Below, one piece after another: positions 48,881 through 58,446 of a DNA stretch of 64,000 bases. The notes under the pieces are model-generated. The model was not told where the DNA came from, did no database searches, and worked only from the letters and a program-made list of their open reading frames with translations. Source of the stretch: an uncultured delta proteobacterium. Its GTDB lineage: Bacteria > Myxococcota > Kuafuiibacteriia > Kuafuiibacteriales > Kuafuiibacteriaceae. The translations under genes were made by a program, and so were the position numbers. The stretch is from contig CAWDML010000007.1 in assembly GCA_963803435.1 (NCBI GenBank), positions 64,001 to 128,000 of the forward strand, read 5' to 3'. Position 1 is the first letter of the stretch. Each line of letters opens with the position of its first letter.

Positions 48881-49992
48881 AGCCGGTCCTGGTCCCCACC
48901 TCCGACGTCAACAGCGAGAACGGTGTCCTCATCGCCTGGCGCATGAACGACGGCGACCGCGTCGAGAAGGACCAGGCCATCGCGGAGGTCGAGACGAGCA
49001 AGGCGATCCTCGAGGTGCTCGCCCCCGCCGCCGGCTGGCTCCAGCAGCTCGCCGCCGCCGGTGCCGAGATCGTGCTGGCGGAGCCGATCGCGCGCCTGTT
49101 CGACAGCGAGGCGGAGCTGCAGGCGTCGAAGGCCGCGCGCGCCCGCGTCGCCGGCGAGCCCTCCGGCGAGGACGGCGTGAAGGCCACCGTCAAGGCGCGG
49201 CAGCGGGCCGCCGAGCTCGGCGTCGATCTGAGCACGCTCGCCGCCGGGCGCCTGATCACCGTCAAGGAGGTGGAGGCCGCGGCGGCCGCCCGCCCCTTCG
49301 ATCTCTCGGCGCTGCCGGCTCCGCTCGCCGGCGACGGCGGCCAGCAGCGCGTCCTCCTGATCGGCGGTGCCCGAGGCGCCACCCAGGTGATCGACATCTT
49401 CCGCGGCGGCGACACGCAGAAGGCGGTCGCGATCGTCGACGACAGCCGTGAGAAGTGGGGCGAGGAGGTCTACGGCGTTCCCATCGTGGGCGGGAGCGAG
49501 CGCATCGCCGAGCTGTTCGCGGCGGGCGCGTTCGACGCGGCGATCGTCGCCATCAGCACCTCGATCGCGGCCCGCCGGAAGTTCCGCGAGCTGCTCTCTT
49601 CGCTCGGCGTCCCCATGGCCAACGCGATCGACCGCACCTCGAAGATCGCCTCAGAGGTGGTCATGGGGACGGGCAACGTGATCTGCGCGTTCTGCCACTT
49701 CGGGACCAGCGCGGTGGTCGGCGACAACAACTTCTTCTCCGCCTACAACTCGTTCGAGCACCACAACGTGCTCGGTTCCGACATCTCGACCGGGCCCGGC
49801 TGCGTGACCTCGAGCCGCGTCAAGCTGGGCGACGGCGTCCGGCTGGGCACCGGCATCTTCATCCAGCCGGGCGTCGAGCTGGGCGAGGGCGTGCAGGTGG
49901 CCTCGGGCGCGATCCTGGTGAAATCGGTCCCGGCATGGCACGCGGTCAAGACCAAGGTCGTGACCACCACCGTCGTACCGCTCCGGAGGTGA
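48877..49992 (+). CDS. Fusion: lipoyl domain + peripheral subunit-binding domain + PglD/NeuD-type hexapeptide acyltransferase
   Basis: AEVETSKAILEV (lipoyl-Lys); KATVKARQRAAELGVDL..GRLITVKEV (PSBD); LLIGG..IVDD..YGVPIVG..AIVAIS (PglD N-domain); left-handed beta-helix repeats with FEHH. Confidence 0.85.
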   Translation: MKPVLVPTSDVNSENGVLIAWRMNDGDRVEKDQAIAEVETSKAILEVLAPAAGWLQQLAAAGAEIVLAEPIARLFDSEAELQASKAARARVAGEPSGEDGVKATVKARQRAAELGVDLSTLAAGRLITVKEVEAAAAARPFDLSALPAPLAGDGGQQRVLLIGGARGATQVIDIFRGGDTQKAVAIVDDSREKWGEEVYGVPIVGGSERIAELFAAGAFDAAIVAISTSIAARRKFRELLSSLGVPMANAIDRTSKIASEVVMGTGNVICAFCHFGTSAVVGDNNFFSAYNSFEHHNVLGSDISTGPGCVTSSRVKLGDGVRLGTGIFIQPGVELGEGVQVASGAILVKSVPAWHAVKTKVVTTTVVPLRR

Positions 49993-50001
49993 GCCCAGCT
50001 C

Positions 50002-51417
50002 TTGGCGTCCCTCCGCTCGAACGTGCTCGTCTCGACGGCCGCCATGGTGCTGGTGGGCGTGATCCGCCCCGGCTTCCACGCCGTGGTGAACCGGACCTTC
50101 GGCCCGGAGGTGAACGGGCACGCCGCCGCGATCATCGCCGTGATCTTCCTGGCCTCGCTCCCCGCCACCGCCGCGCTCCCGACGGTGATGGTGCGGCACG
50201 TCTCCCGCGCCCTCGGCGCCGGCAACCAGGCCGAGGCGATCGCCCACGCACGGCTGGCCGGGCTCACCTCGCTGGCGCTGACCGCCCTCTCGATCGCCGC
50301 CGCTGTCCTGTACGGCCACTTCCTGCAGGACCCGCCGTTCGCGCCGATCGATCTGCTCTTCGTGGCCGTCGGCCTGTTCGCATACACCTACTGGCGCCTC
50401 TATCGGACGCTCCTCCTCGCCGTCGGGGAGGCGCTGGCCAGCCTCAAGGCCGAGCTGGTCTCGGTGGTGTCGATGGCGTCGGCGCTGGCGCTCTTGATCT
50501 ACCTGGGACGCTCCGAATGGGTCGTGGGCGCGTTCGTGCTGGCGTATCTGGCGTTCGCGGTCCTCACCATCCGGCGGGTCGCGCCGTACCTGTCGGGCCA
50601 GGCCGTCGCCGCCGAGAGCCGGCGCGAGTTCGTGCGCTACAACCTCTACTGGTTCGTCGCCACCGGCGCCAGCCTGAGCGCGCGAGAGATCGCAGTGCTG
50701 CTGCTCGGCGAGCGCGTGGAGCAGGCGATGGTCGGCGACGTCGCGGTGGCGCTGTCCCTCTTGATGATCCTCGCGTTCGCACCGCGCGTGATCGAGCTGC
50801 CGCTGGTGCACGAACTCTCGGCGCTGGCCGGGCGCCAGGCGGCCGACGAGCAGCGGCGGCTCACCGACACCGCGTTCCACTGGATGACGGTGTTCACCTT
50901 CGCGGTGGGCTGTGGCGCCGCGATCATGGCGGGTCCGATCCTGGCGATCGTCGGCAACGTCCACGCTCCGGTGGTGGCCGAGGCCTTCGCGCTGGTGGCG
51001 CTCGCGTTCATGGCGGAGATGATCGCCACGCCCGCCTCGAACCTGATGATCGCCTCGGCGCACCCGGCCGTCTTCGCGATCACCGGCCCCGCCTCGCTCC
51101 TGATCGCCTTCGGCTGGTGGTACGCGCCCTGGGCCTCCGGGGTGATGGGCGTGATGATCGGCCTGGCGCTCTCTCATCTGGTGCGGGCGGTGGGCATCAC
51201 CGGCTACGCGAAGATCCGCTTCGGGCTGACGCTCCTCCGCCAGCCGCTCCGGAAGCTCGCGGCGGGCGTGGTCGGGCTCGGGCTCCTCGGTCTGACCATG
51301 CAGGATCGCGTCGATCCCTGGCTGGCCTTCGGGGTCTTCGAGCTCATGATGCTGATCCTGTTCGCGGGCACCGTGCGCGAGGTCGCCACGGCGCTCGCCC
51401 GTAAACGCAGCGCTTGA
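50002..51417 (+). CDS. Wzx-type polysaccharide flippase
   Basis: 12-14 TM, MOP-like N-terminus (SLRSNVLV..RTFGPEVNG), locus context. Confidence 0.7.
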   Translation: MASLRSNVLVSTAAMVLVGVIRPGFHAVVNRTFGPEVNGHAAAIIAVIFLASLPATAALPTVMVRHVSRALGAGNQAEAIAHARLAGLTSLALTALSIAAAVLYGHFLQDPPFAPIDLLFVAVGLFAYTYWRLYRTLLLAVGEALASLKAELVSVVSMASALALLIYLGRSEWVVGAFVLAYLAFAVLTIRRVAPYLSGQAVAAESRREFVRYNLYWFVATGASLSAREIAVLLLGERVEQAMVGDVAVALSLLMILAFAPRVIELPLVHELSALAGRQAADEQRRLTDTAFHWMTVFTFAVGCGAAIMAGPILAIVGNVHAPVVAEAFALVALAFMAEMIATPASNLMIASAHPAVFAITGPASLLIAFGWWYAPWASGVMGVMIGLALSHLVRAVGITGYAKIRFGLTLLRQPLRKLAAGVVGLGLLGLTMQDRVDPWLAFGVFELMMLILFAGTVREVATALARKRSA

Positions 51418-51447
51418 GCGGCGCGGTCCCCCGTGCCAAGAGGCGCC

Positions 51448-51906
51448 ATGCCGCTGAAGGACGTGAAGCAGGGGGACGGAGTCCAGATCTACCACCCGGA
51501 TCTGGTCAACCTGTACGGTTGCACCATCGGTGCCGAGACCAAGATCGGCACGTTCGTGGAGATCCAGAAGAACGCGATCATCGGCCGCCGCTGCAAGATC
51601 TCTTCCCACACGTTCGTCTGTGAGGGCGTGACCATCGAGGACGAGGTCTTCGTCGGTCACGGGGTCATGTTCACGAACGATCGCACGCCGCGCGCCACCA
51701 CCGAGAGCGGCGAGCTGCAGTCGGAGGCCGACTGGACGGTGATCCCGACGCGGGTGAAGCGGGGCGCCTCGATCGGCAGCGGCGCGGTCATCCTCTGCGG
51801 CATCACGATCGGCGAGCGCGCCCTGATCGGTGCGGGCGCCGTCGTCACCCGGGACGTCCCCGACGGCGCGACGGTCGCAGGCGTCCCGGCTCAGCGGCTC
51901 CGGTAG
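51448..51906 (+). CDS. Hexapeptide N-acetyltransferase (WbpD/WlbB/FdtC-like)
   Basis: CKISSHTFVCEGVTIEDEVFVGHGVMFTND, IGAGAVVTRDVP, AGVPA. Confidence 0.88.
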   Translation: MPLKDVKQGDGVQIYHPDLVNLYGCTIGAETKIGTFVEIQKNAIIGRRCKISSHTFVCEGVTIEDEVFVGHGVMFTNDRTPRATTESGELQSEADWTVIPTRVKRGASIGSGAVILCGITIGERALIGAGAVVTRDVPDGATVAGVPAQRLR

Positions 51907-52670
51907 ATCGCGAGCTCCGTGTCCTCGATCTGCACGACGTCGGGGCCGAGTCGATCGAGGACGGCGCGGGTCACGTCGTTGTAGTCGCCATACTGCGAAA
52001 AGTTGTCCCAGACGACGACCCCGCCGGGCGCCAGCATGCGGAGGGCGCTCTCGGTGTCGCGCACGACGGCGTCGTAGTGGTGGGCGCCGTCGATGAACAC
52101 GAGATCGATCTTTCCTCGATAGGGCGTGAAGTCGAACGTGGCCGAGTCGCCCCAGAGCTGTACGATCCGGCGCGCCTCCGGGCGACCGAGGTAGTCGATC
52201 CCGACCTCGTCGAGCTCGATCAGCCGCGCGTCCTCCGGCGAGACGTCGTGCGACGATCGGTCGTCGCGGGGCAGATCGAGGGTGTAGACGGTGCAACCCT
52301 CGGCGCCGTTGATCGCGAAGTTGAGCGCCGAGCGCCCGCGGAAGGTGCCGATCTCGAAGACGCTCTTCGGCTTCACCACCTTGGCGACGAACGCCAGATA
52401 GGCGAGCCAGTCGAGGCACTCGCCGACGCCATCACCGTGCTGCGTGTAGTCGACCTCGAAACGGACGCTCTTGGCCTCGGGGAAGATCTCGAAGATCCCG
52501 CGACACGCCCAGCGATCTTCACCGGCGAGCCGCATGTACGCGCGGAACACGCGACCCGGGAACCACGGGTAGCTCTTTGGGTTCTTGAGCAGCAGCTTCA
52601 ACCCGAGCAGGTTCGCCGTCTCGATGGCGCCTGCGATCTTCCGCAGTCGCTTGTTCTTGGTCAGCAACAT
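51891..52670 (-). CDS. Class I SAM-dependent methyltransferase (Methyltransf_24-like)
   Basis: FEIGTFRGRS, GDSA, DLVFIDGAHHY, LAPGGVVVWDN. Confidence 0.82.
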   Translation of the reverse strand: MLLTKNKRLRKIAGAIETANLLGLKLLLKNPKSYPWFPGRVFRAYMRLAGEDRWACRGIFEIFPEAKSVRFEVDYTQHGDGVGECLDWLAYLAFVAKVVKPKSVFEIGTFRGRSALNFAINGAEGCTVYTLDLPRDDRSSHDVSPEDARLIELDEVGIDYLGRPEARRIVQLWGDSATFDFTPYRGKIDLVFIDGAHHYDAVVRDTESALRMLAPGGVVVWDNFSQYGDYNDVTRAVLDRLGPDVVQIEDTELAIYRSR

Positions 52671-52711
52671 GGCTTGCCAGGATCCGGTCGCTGCTCTAGC
52701 AGAGACGTGAC

Positions 52712-53797
52712 GTGCGGATCCAGGTGGTAAGTCCAATGTGGCCATCTCGGGACTCGAAGCACACCGGCGTGTTCGTGAAAAACCTCTCCGAAGCGCTCGA
52801 ACGGGCCGGAATCACCGTCGACAACCGCGCCGTCATCCGAGGAAAGAGCGCGGGCCTCGCGGGGAAGATGCGCCGCCACGTCGAGCTCGGCGCCCGGATC
52901 TTGATCGACTCGGGATCGGCCGCCGACTGCCTCTACGTCCACGCACCGACCTGGTTCTCGCCGCTGGTCGAGCTGGTCCGGCGCGCGGGTCACAAGAAGC
53001 TGGTCGTTCACACGCACGGCGGCGAGGCCTATCCGCACTCGAAGGTCGAGCACGCGACCAAGCAGCTGGTCGGCTGGCTGCTCCGGGGTGCGGACCTGGT
53101 GGTGGCGCCCTCGCGCTACTACGCCGATGAGATCGCGACGGCGTTCGGCGTCCCCGAGCGACGGCTGTTCATCTCTCCGTCCGGCGGCGTCGACACCACG
53201 CTGTTCCGCCCCGTCCCCTTCGCGCGCGATGCGCTCGGGATCCCGGCGTCCGCGGTGGTGCTCGGGTTCGTGGGTCGGATCGTCGACGACAAGGGATGGG
53301 ACGTCTTCCTCGAGGTCGTGCATCGCCTCCGCGCCGGCGGCGTCGACGCCTGGGCGCTGGTGGTCGGCGACGGCGAGGACGCCGAGAAGCTCGAGGCAGA
53401 GGCGCGGAGGCTCGAGCTCCTCCGCGTGCTGGTGCGTCCCGGCGTGATCCCGCAGGCGGAGCTCCCCGCGATCTACACGGCCATGGACGTCTTCCTGTTC
53501 CCCACGCGGCGCGGGGCCGAGGCCCTCGGCCTGGTCCCGATCGAGGCGATGGCGTGCGGCGTCCCGGTGGTCGGATCGAACGGGTACGCGGTGCCCGAGT
53601 ACGTGGTGGAGGGCCGCACCGGATTCCTCGCACCCGAGCGCGACGCCGCCGCGTTCACCGCCGGCGTGCGGCGCATCCTGGATCTGCCGGACGTCGAGCG
53701 GGCCGCCCTCTGCGCGCGCGCGGTCGAGGCGGCCGCGGCCTACGATACGGAGCGCGTGACCCAAGCGCTGGTCGCACGATTGACGGATTTGCTCTAA
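52712..53797 (+). CDS. GT4-family glycosyltransferase
   Basis: FVGRIVDDKG, EALGLVPIEAMACGVPV (EX7E). Confidence 0.9.
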   Translation: MRIQVVSPMWPSRDSKHTGVFVKNLSEALERAGITVDNRAVIRGKSAGLAGKMRRHVELGARILIDSGSAADCLYVHAPTWFSPLVELVRRAGHKKLVVHTHGGEAYPHSKVEHATKQLVGWLLRGADLVVAPSRYYADEIATAFGVPERRLFISPSGGVDTTLFRPVPFARDALGIPASAVVLGFVGRIVDDKGWDVFLEVVHRLRAGGVDAWALVVGDGEDAEKLEAEARRLELLRVLVRPGVIPQAELPAIYTAMDVFLFPTRRGAEALGLVPIEAMACGVPVVGSNGYAVPEYVVEGRTGFLAPERDAAAFTAGVRRILDLPDVERAALCARAVEAAAAYDTERVTQALVARLTDLL

Positions 53798-53882
53798 ACC
53801 CCTGGAAAGCCCCCAATCTTGCCCGCCGTCATGTCACAAAGCCTTGACCATCCCGTTGCGGGTGCCGGTAGAACCACCCGCA

Positions 53883-54928
53883 ATGACCACGTTGGGGATG
53901 ATCGGCTGCGGCTACTGGGGCCCGAATCTCCTCCGGAACTACGCGCAGCTCGACGGCGTTCGGGTCAAGGCCGTCGCCGATCGGATGCCTGAACGGCGCG
54001 CTTTCCTCGCGAAGAGCTATCCGGGGGTCGCCGTGGTCGACGACGGGGAGGCGATCCTCCGGGACCCGGAGATCGAGGCCGTGGTGGTGGCGACGCCGGC
54101 CGCGACCCACGCGCGCCTGGTCGGGGAGGCCCTCGACGCCGGCAAGGACGTCTTCGTCGAGAAGCCGCTGGCGATGAGCACCGAGGACGCGGTCCGACTG
54201 GCCAGGCTGGCCGAGTCCCGCGGTCGCATCCTGATGGTCGGTCACACGTTCCTCTTCAACGAGGCCGTGCGCGAGCTGAAGCGACGCATCGACCGCGGCG
54301 ACCTGGGCAACCTCCACTATCTGTACAGCCAGCGCCTCAACCTCGGGATCGTGCGGAGCGACGTCAACGCCTCCTGGAACCTGGCGCCTCACGACGTCTC
54401 CATCGCGAACTACCTCCTCGGCCAGGATCCGATCCGGGTGAGCGCCAGCGGCGTGCGCGCGCTTCAACCCGAGGCCGAGCGTCTCGACGATGTGGTCTTC
54501 CTCTCGATCCTGTATCCGAACGACGTGGTGATGCACGCGCACGTCTCCTGGCTGGACCCGCGCAAGGTGCGCACCATGACGGTGGTGGGCGATCGCAAGA
54601 TGATCGTCTATGACGACGTCTCCTCCGACAAGCTCTACATCTACGACAAGGGCATCACGCGGGGAGATCCGGTGCCCGAGGAGCAGCCCGACAACTTCGC
54701 GCGCTTCAAGATGATCACGCGCGCCGGCGATCTCTGATCCCGAACCTCCGCACGCCCGAGCCGCTCGCCGTCGAGTGCAGGCACTTCGTCGACTGCGTGC
54801 GCACGCGGGCCCGGCCGCTGACGGACGCCTGGTCAGGAGTGTCCGTGACCGCGGTGCTGGAGGCTGCCGATCGATCGCTGGCACGGAGCGGCGCACCCGA
54901 AGACGTGGTGATCCCGCCGCGAGGATGA
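53883..54928 (+). CDS. Gfo/Idh/MocA oxidoreductase (sugar-nucleotide dehydrogenase); frameshift at ~54734
   Basis: GCGYWG, VEKP, MVGH, LAPHD; C-terminus LIPNLRTPEPLAVECRHFVDC continues in the shifted frame to TGA 54928 and mirrors the paralog. Confidence 0.85.
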
Positions 54929-54932
54929 ACCG

Positions 54933-56054
54933 ATGACTGCATCAAGACCCGAAACCATCCCGTTCGTCGATCTGGCCGGCCAGTATCGCCGCCATCAGGC
55001 CGAGCTGGACGCGGCCATCCAGGCGGTGCTCGAGAGCGCCGCCTTCATCGGCGGCCCCGCGCTCGGCCGCTTCGAGAAGGCCTTCGCCGAGATGTGCGGC
55101 GTCGAGCACTGCGTCGGCTGCGGCAATGGCACCGACGCGATCTACCTGACGCTGCGCGCGCTCGGCGTCGGCGCCGGCGACGAGGTGATCGCGCCGGTCA
55201 ACACGTTCATCGCCACCACCGAGGCGATCTCGATGACCGGCGCCCGGCCGGTGTTCGTCGACGTCGATGAGCGCCACGCGCTGATCGATCCCGCGCTCGT
55301 CGAACGCGCGATCACACCGCGCACCAAGGCGATCGTCCCGGTCCACCTCTACGGACAGCTCGCGGACATGGACGCGATCGGAACGCTGGCGAAGCAGCAC
55401 CAGCTCGCCGTCGTCGAGGACTCGGCCCAGGCTCACGCCGCCACCTGGAAGGGCCGGCGCGCCGGAGCGTTCGGCCACGCCGCCTGCTTCAGCTTCTACC
55501 CCGGCAAGAACCTGGGCGCGTACGGCGACGCCGGTGCCGTCGTGACCGGCGACGCCGGCCTCGCCGAGACGATCCGAAAGATCGCGAACCACGGGCGCGC
55601 CGACAAGTTCGGTCACGAGGTCGAGGGCGTGAACTCGCGCCTCGACGGTCTCCAGGCCGCCATCCTCGAGGTCAAGCTCCGCCACCTGGAGACGTGGACC
55701 GCCGAGCGACGAAGCGCCGCCAAGCGCTACACCGAGATGCTCACCGGCGTGGCGGGCGTGATCCTCCCCGCGGTGCGCGAGGAGGGCGCCCACGTCTTCC
55801 ACCTCTACGTGATCCGCGTGAAGGACCGGGACGGGCTCCGCAAGCGGCTCACCGATCGGAACATTCAGAGCGGCATCCACTATCCCACGCCGCTCCACCT
55901 GTTGAAGGCCTACGCCCACCTCGGTCACGCGAAGGGCGCGTTCCCGGTGGCGGAGAAGCTCGCGGAGGAGATCGTCTCGCTCCCGATCTTCCCCGAGATC
56001 ACCGAGGCCCAGCAGGCGCGCGTGGTGGCGGTGGTGAAGGAGCACGTCCGATGA
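54933..56054 (+). CDS. DegT/DnrJ/EryC1/StrS sugar aminotransferase
   Basis: NGTDA, PVHLYGQ, EDSAQAH, SFYPGKNLG (PLP-Lys), NSRLD, HYP. Confidence 0.93.
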   Translation: MTASRPETIPFVDLAGQYRRHQAELDAAIQAVLESAAFIGGPALGRFEKAFAEMCGVEHCVGCGNGTDAIYLTLRALGVGAGDEVIAPVNTFIATTEAISMTGARPVFVDVDERHALIDPALVERAITPRTKAIVPVHLYGQLADMDAIGTLAKQHQLAVVEDSAQAHAATWKGRRAGAFGHAACFSFYPGKNLGAYGDAGAVVTGDAGLAETIRKIANHGRADKFGHEVEGVNSRLDGLQAAILEVKLRHLETWTAERRSAAKRYTEMLTGVAGVILPAVREEGAHVFHLYVIRVKDRDGLRKRLTDRNIQSGIHYPTPLHLLKAYAHLGHAKGAFPVAEKLAEEIVSLPIFPEITEAQQARVVAVVKEHVR

Positions 56055-57061
56055 GGCTCGCGGTCGTCGGCGCCGGCTACTGGGGCCCCAACCTGGTACG
56101 CAGCCTGCTCGGCCTGCGGATCGATGACGTCGTGGTCTGCGACAAGGATCCCGGGCGGCTCGACCTGATCAAGACGCGCTATCCGCCGGTCACCGTCACC
56201 ACCGACTACGACCAGGTGCTTCGCGACCCCGAGGTCGAGGGCGTGCTGCTGGCCACCCCGATCTCGACGCACGGCCGGATGGGCGTGGAGGCGCTGAAGG
56301 CCGGCAAGCACCTCTTCATCGAGAAGCCCCTGGCCAGCTCCACGACGGAGGCCGAAGAGCTGATCGCGAACGCCCGGAAGGCCGAGCGCGTGCTCATGGT
56401 CGGACACACGTTCGAGTACTCGCCGCCGGTGCTGCGCTGCAAGCAGGCGATCGACAACGGTGACCTCGGCGAGCTCTTCTTCATCTCGGTGATGCGCGTG
56501 AACCTCGGGCTACATCAGCGCGACGCGTCGGTGATCTGGGACCTGGTCCCGCACGACTTCTCGATCCTCTTCTACTGGCTCAACGAGTCGCCCACGTACA
56601 TCCACGCCTTCGGACGCGACTGCGTGCAGAAGGGCATCCCGGACGTGGCGTTCCTCAACCTCAGGTTCCCCAGCGGCGTCATCGCCAACATCGAGGTGGC
56701 CTGGCTCGCGCCCTCGAAGCTGCGCCGCACCGCGATCGTCGGACAGCGGAAGATGCTGGTCTACGACGACACCGAGAACATCGAGAAGGTGAAGATCTAC
56801 GACCAGGGCGTCGACATGAAGGACCCCGACAACTTCGGCGAGTTCCACCTCTCCTATCGAACCGGCGACATCGTCAGCCCACGGCTGTCCTCGGTGGAGC
56901 CGCTCAAGGTGGAGATGGAGCACTTCCTCGAGTGCATCCGGACCGGCAACACGCCCCGCACCGACGGGCTCTCGGGGCTCCGCGTGGTCGAGGCGCTCCA
57001 GGCCGCCGAGCAGTCGCTGGCCTCCGGTCAGCCCGTCCATCTGGACGGCCGGCGGTGGTGA
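56051..57061 (+). CDS. Gfo/Idh/MocA oxidoreductase, second paralog
   Basis: GAGYWG, IEKP, MVGH, DLVPHD. Confidence 0.9.
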   Translation: MRLAVVGAGYWGPNLVRSLLGLRIDDVVVCDKDPGRLDLIKTRYPPVTVTTDYDQVLRDPEVEGVLLATPISTHGRMGVEALKAGKHLFIEKPLASSTTEAEELIANARKAERVLMVGHTFEYSPPVLRCKQAIDNGDLGELFFISVMRVNLGLHQRDASVIWDLVPHDFSILFYWLNESPTYIHAFGRDCVQKGIPDVAFLNLRFPSGVIANIEVAWLAPSKLRRTAIVGQRKMLVYDDTENIEKVKIYDQGVDMKDPDNFGEFHLSYRTGDIVSPRLSSVEPLKVEMEHFLECIRTGNTPRTDGLSGLRVVEALQAAEQSLASGQPVHLDGRRW

Positions 57062-58446
57062 AGTTCCGCGGCGAGTCGGTCCGCGCGTTCCTGATCGTCT
57101 GGGTCGCGTGCTTCGCCGCCTGCTGGCTGGCCGCCTTCTGGAGCGGGACCGACAAGCGGATCTGGATCGACGGTGCGAGGCCCCGGGCGCAGTTCATCGA
57201 TCTCGACTGGCCCGCCGAGCACGTGGTCCAGAGCTACTGGGGCGGGCCGGAGCAACCGTATCGCGGCGCCGACCTGGCGAGCTATCTGCTGGCCGGGCGG
57301 CACGTGCTCCGCACCGGGAAGTTCGACCCCGGCTACGTCGAGTTCTGGCCGCCCGCGCTGCCATTCACGATCGCCGGGATCATCCGCTTCACGGGCGAGT
57401 CGGAGTATCCGTTCAAGATGGTGGTGGCCGGCGTGTTCCTCTGGTCGCTGGCGCTGGCGGCGCTCGTCCTCCTGATCCCGGCCTCCCCGAACCGCGTCGC
57501 TGCCGTGGCGCTGCCGCTGGCCTTCCTGCTCCTCCCCGAGCTTCGCGAGTGGACCTTCGGCTTCGGCAGCTTGATGACGGAGACCAGCTCCCACGCGGTC
57601 CTCATGATCTCGATCGCCGCCTGCCTCGTGGCCATCCACCGGCAGAGCCTCGCCTGGGCGGCGCTGGGCGCGACCTTGTTCGCGCTGGCCGCCTACTATC
57701 GAGCGGCGTTCGAGATGCAGGGCGAGGCCGTGTTCGCCGCGATGACGGTGGTCGCGTTGATCGCGTTCGCCGTCAAGCGCTCGCCGGCCACCAAGAGGCT
57801 AGCCCTGGCCGCCCTGCTAGCCGTGGGCGTCTTCAACGTGGCGCTGGCACCGTGGCGGCTCTACAAGAAGCACTACTTCGGCACCACGCGCTGGTACTCG
57901 GCCGACGATGCCTACGTCTTCGGCTTCGTCTGGAAGAAGGACGACGAGCTCCGGTGGTACATGCGCGGCGCGAACCCCGCCTGCCACGTCGATCCGGAGC
58001 AGTGCGAGGCGCTCTTCCAGAGGCGCGGCCAGCTCAAGGGACGCGAGGTCAAGCAGGCCGCGTTCAGCACGCTCGCCCACCACCCCTTCGGCTGGTTCGC
58101 GTTCAAGGTGAAGAACCTGCATTGGCTCTGGTTCAACCGCAGCTGGAGCAGCTTCACGTCGGAGCCGCTGATCTTCCTCGAAGGTCTGCTCCTGCTCGTG
58201 CTGGGCCTGCTCGGTTTTGCTGCCCTGTCGCGCCGCGCCTATCGCTCGCGCGACCCCACCTCGATCGGCGTGCTGGCCTTCCTCATTTTTCTGGCCGGCA
58301 TCAACATCGCGATCTTCACGTTCCTGCACTTCGAGTGGCGGTACTCGCAGACGCTCCGCACGCTGTGCTTCTTCCTCCCGCTCGTCTGGCTATGGCTCCG
58401 CTCGCTCCCCGCTAATCCTCATAGTGCGAGAGCCCCAGCCAGTTGA
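57055..58446 (+). CDS. Polytopic membrane protein, GT-C/PMT-like glycosyltransferase
   Basis: DLASY..WPP, MTET, YYR, C-terminal RY motifs; multi-TM. Confidence 0.55.
   Translation: MVKFRGESVRAFLIVWVACFAACWLAAFWSGTDKRIWIDGARPRAQFIDLDWPAEHVVQSYWGGPEQPYRGADLASYLLAGRHVLRTGKFDPGYVEFWPPALPFTIAGIIRFTGESEYPFKMVVAGVFLWSLALAALVLLIPASPNRVAAVALPLAFLLLPELREWTFGFGSLMTETSSHAVLMISIAACLVAIHRQSLAWAALGATLFALAAYYRAAFEMQGEAVFAAMTVVALIAFAVKRSPATKRLALAALLAVGVFNVALAPWRLYKKHYFGTTRWYSADDAYVFGFVWKKDDELRWYMRGANPACHVDPEQCEALFQRRGQLKGREVKQAAFSTLAHHPFGWFAFKVKNLHWLWFNRSWSSFTSEPLIFLEGLLLLVLGLLGFAALSRRAYRSRDPTSIGVLAFLIFLAGINIAIFTFLHFEWRYSQTLRTLCFFLPLVWLWLRSLPANPHSARAPAS

Noticed and set aside
46980-49992. Housekeeping pyruvate or acetoin dehydrogenase operon
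   Set aside because: No E2 catalytic domain and no E3; the genes are embedded in and coupled to polysaccharide genes.
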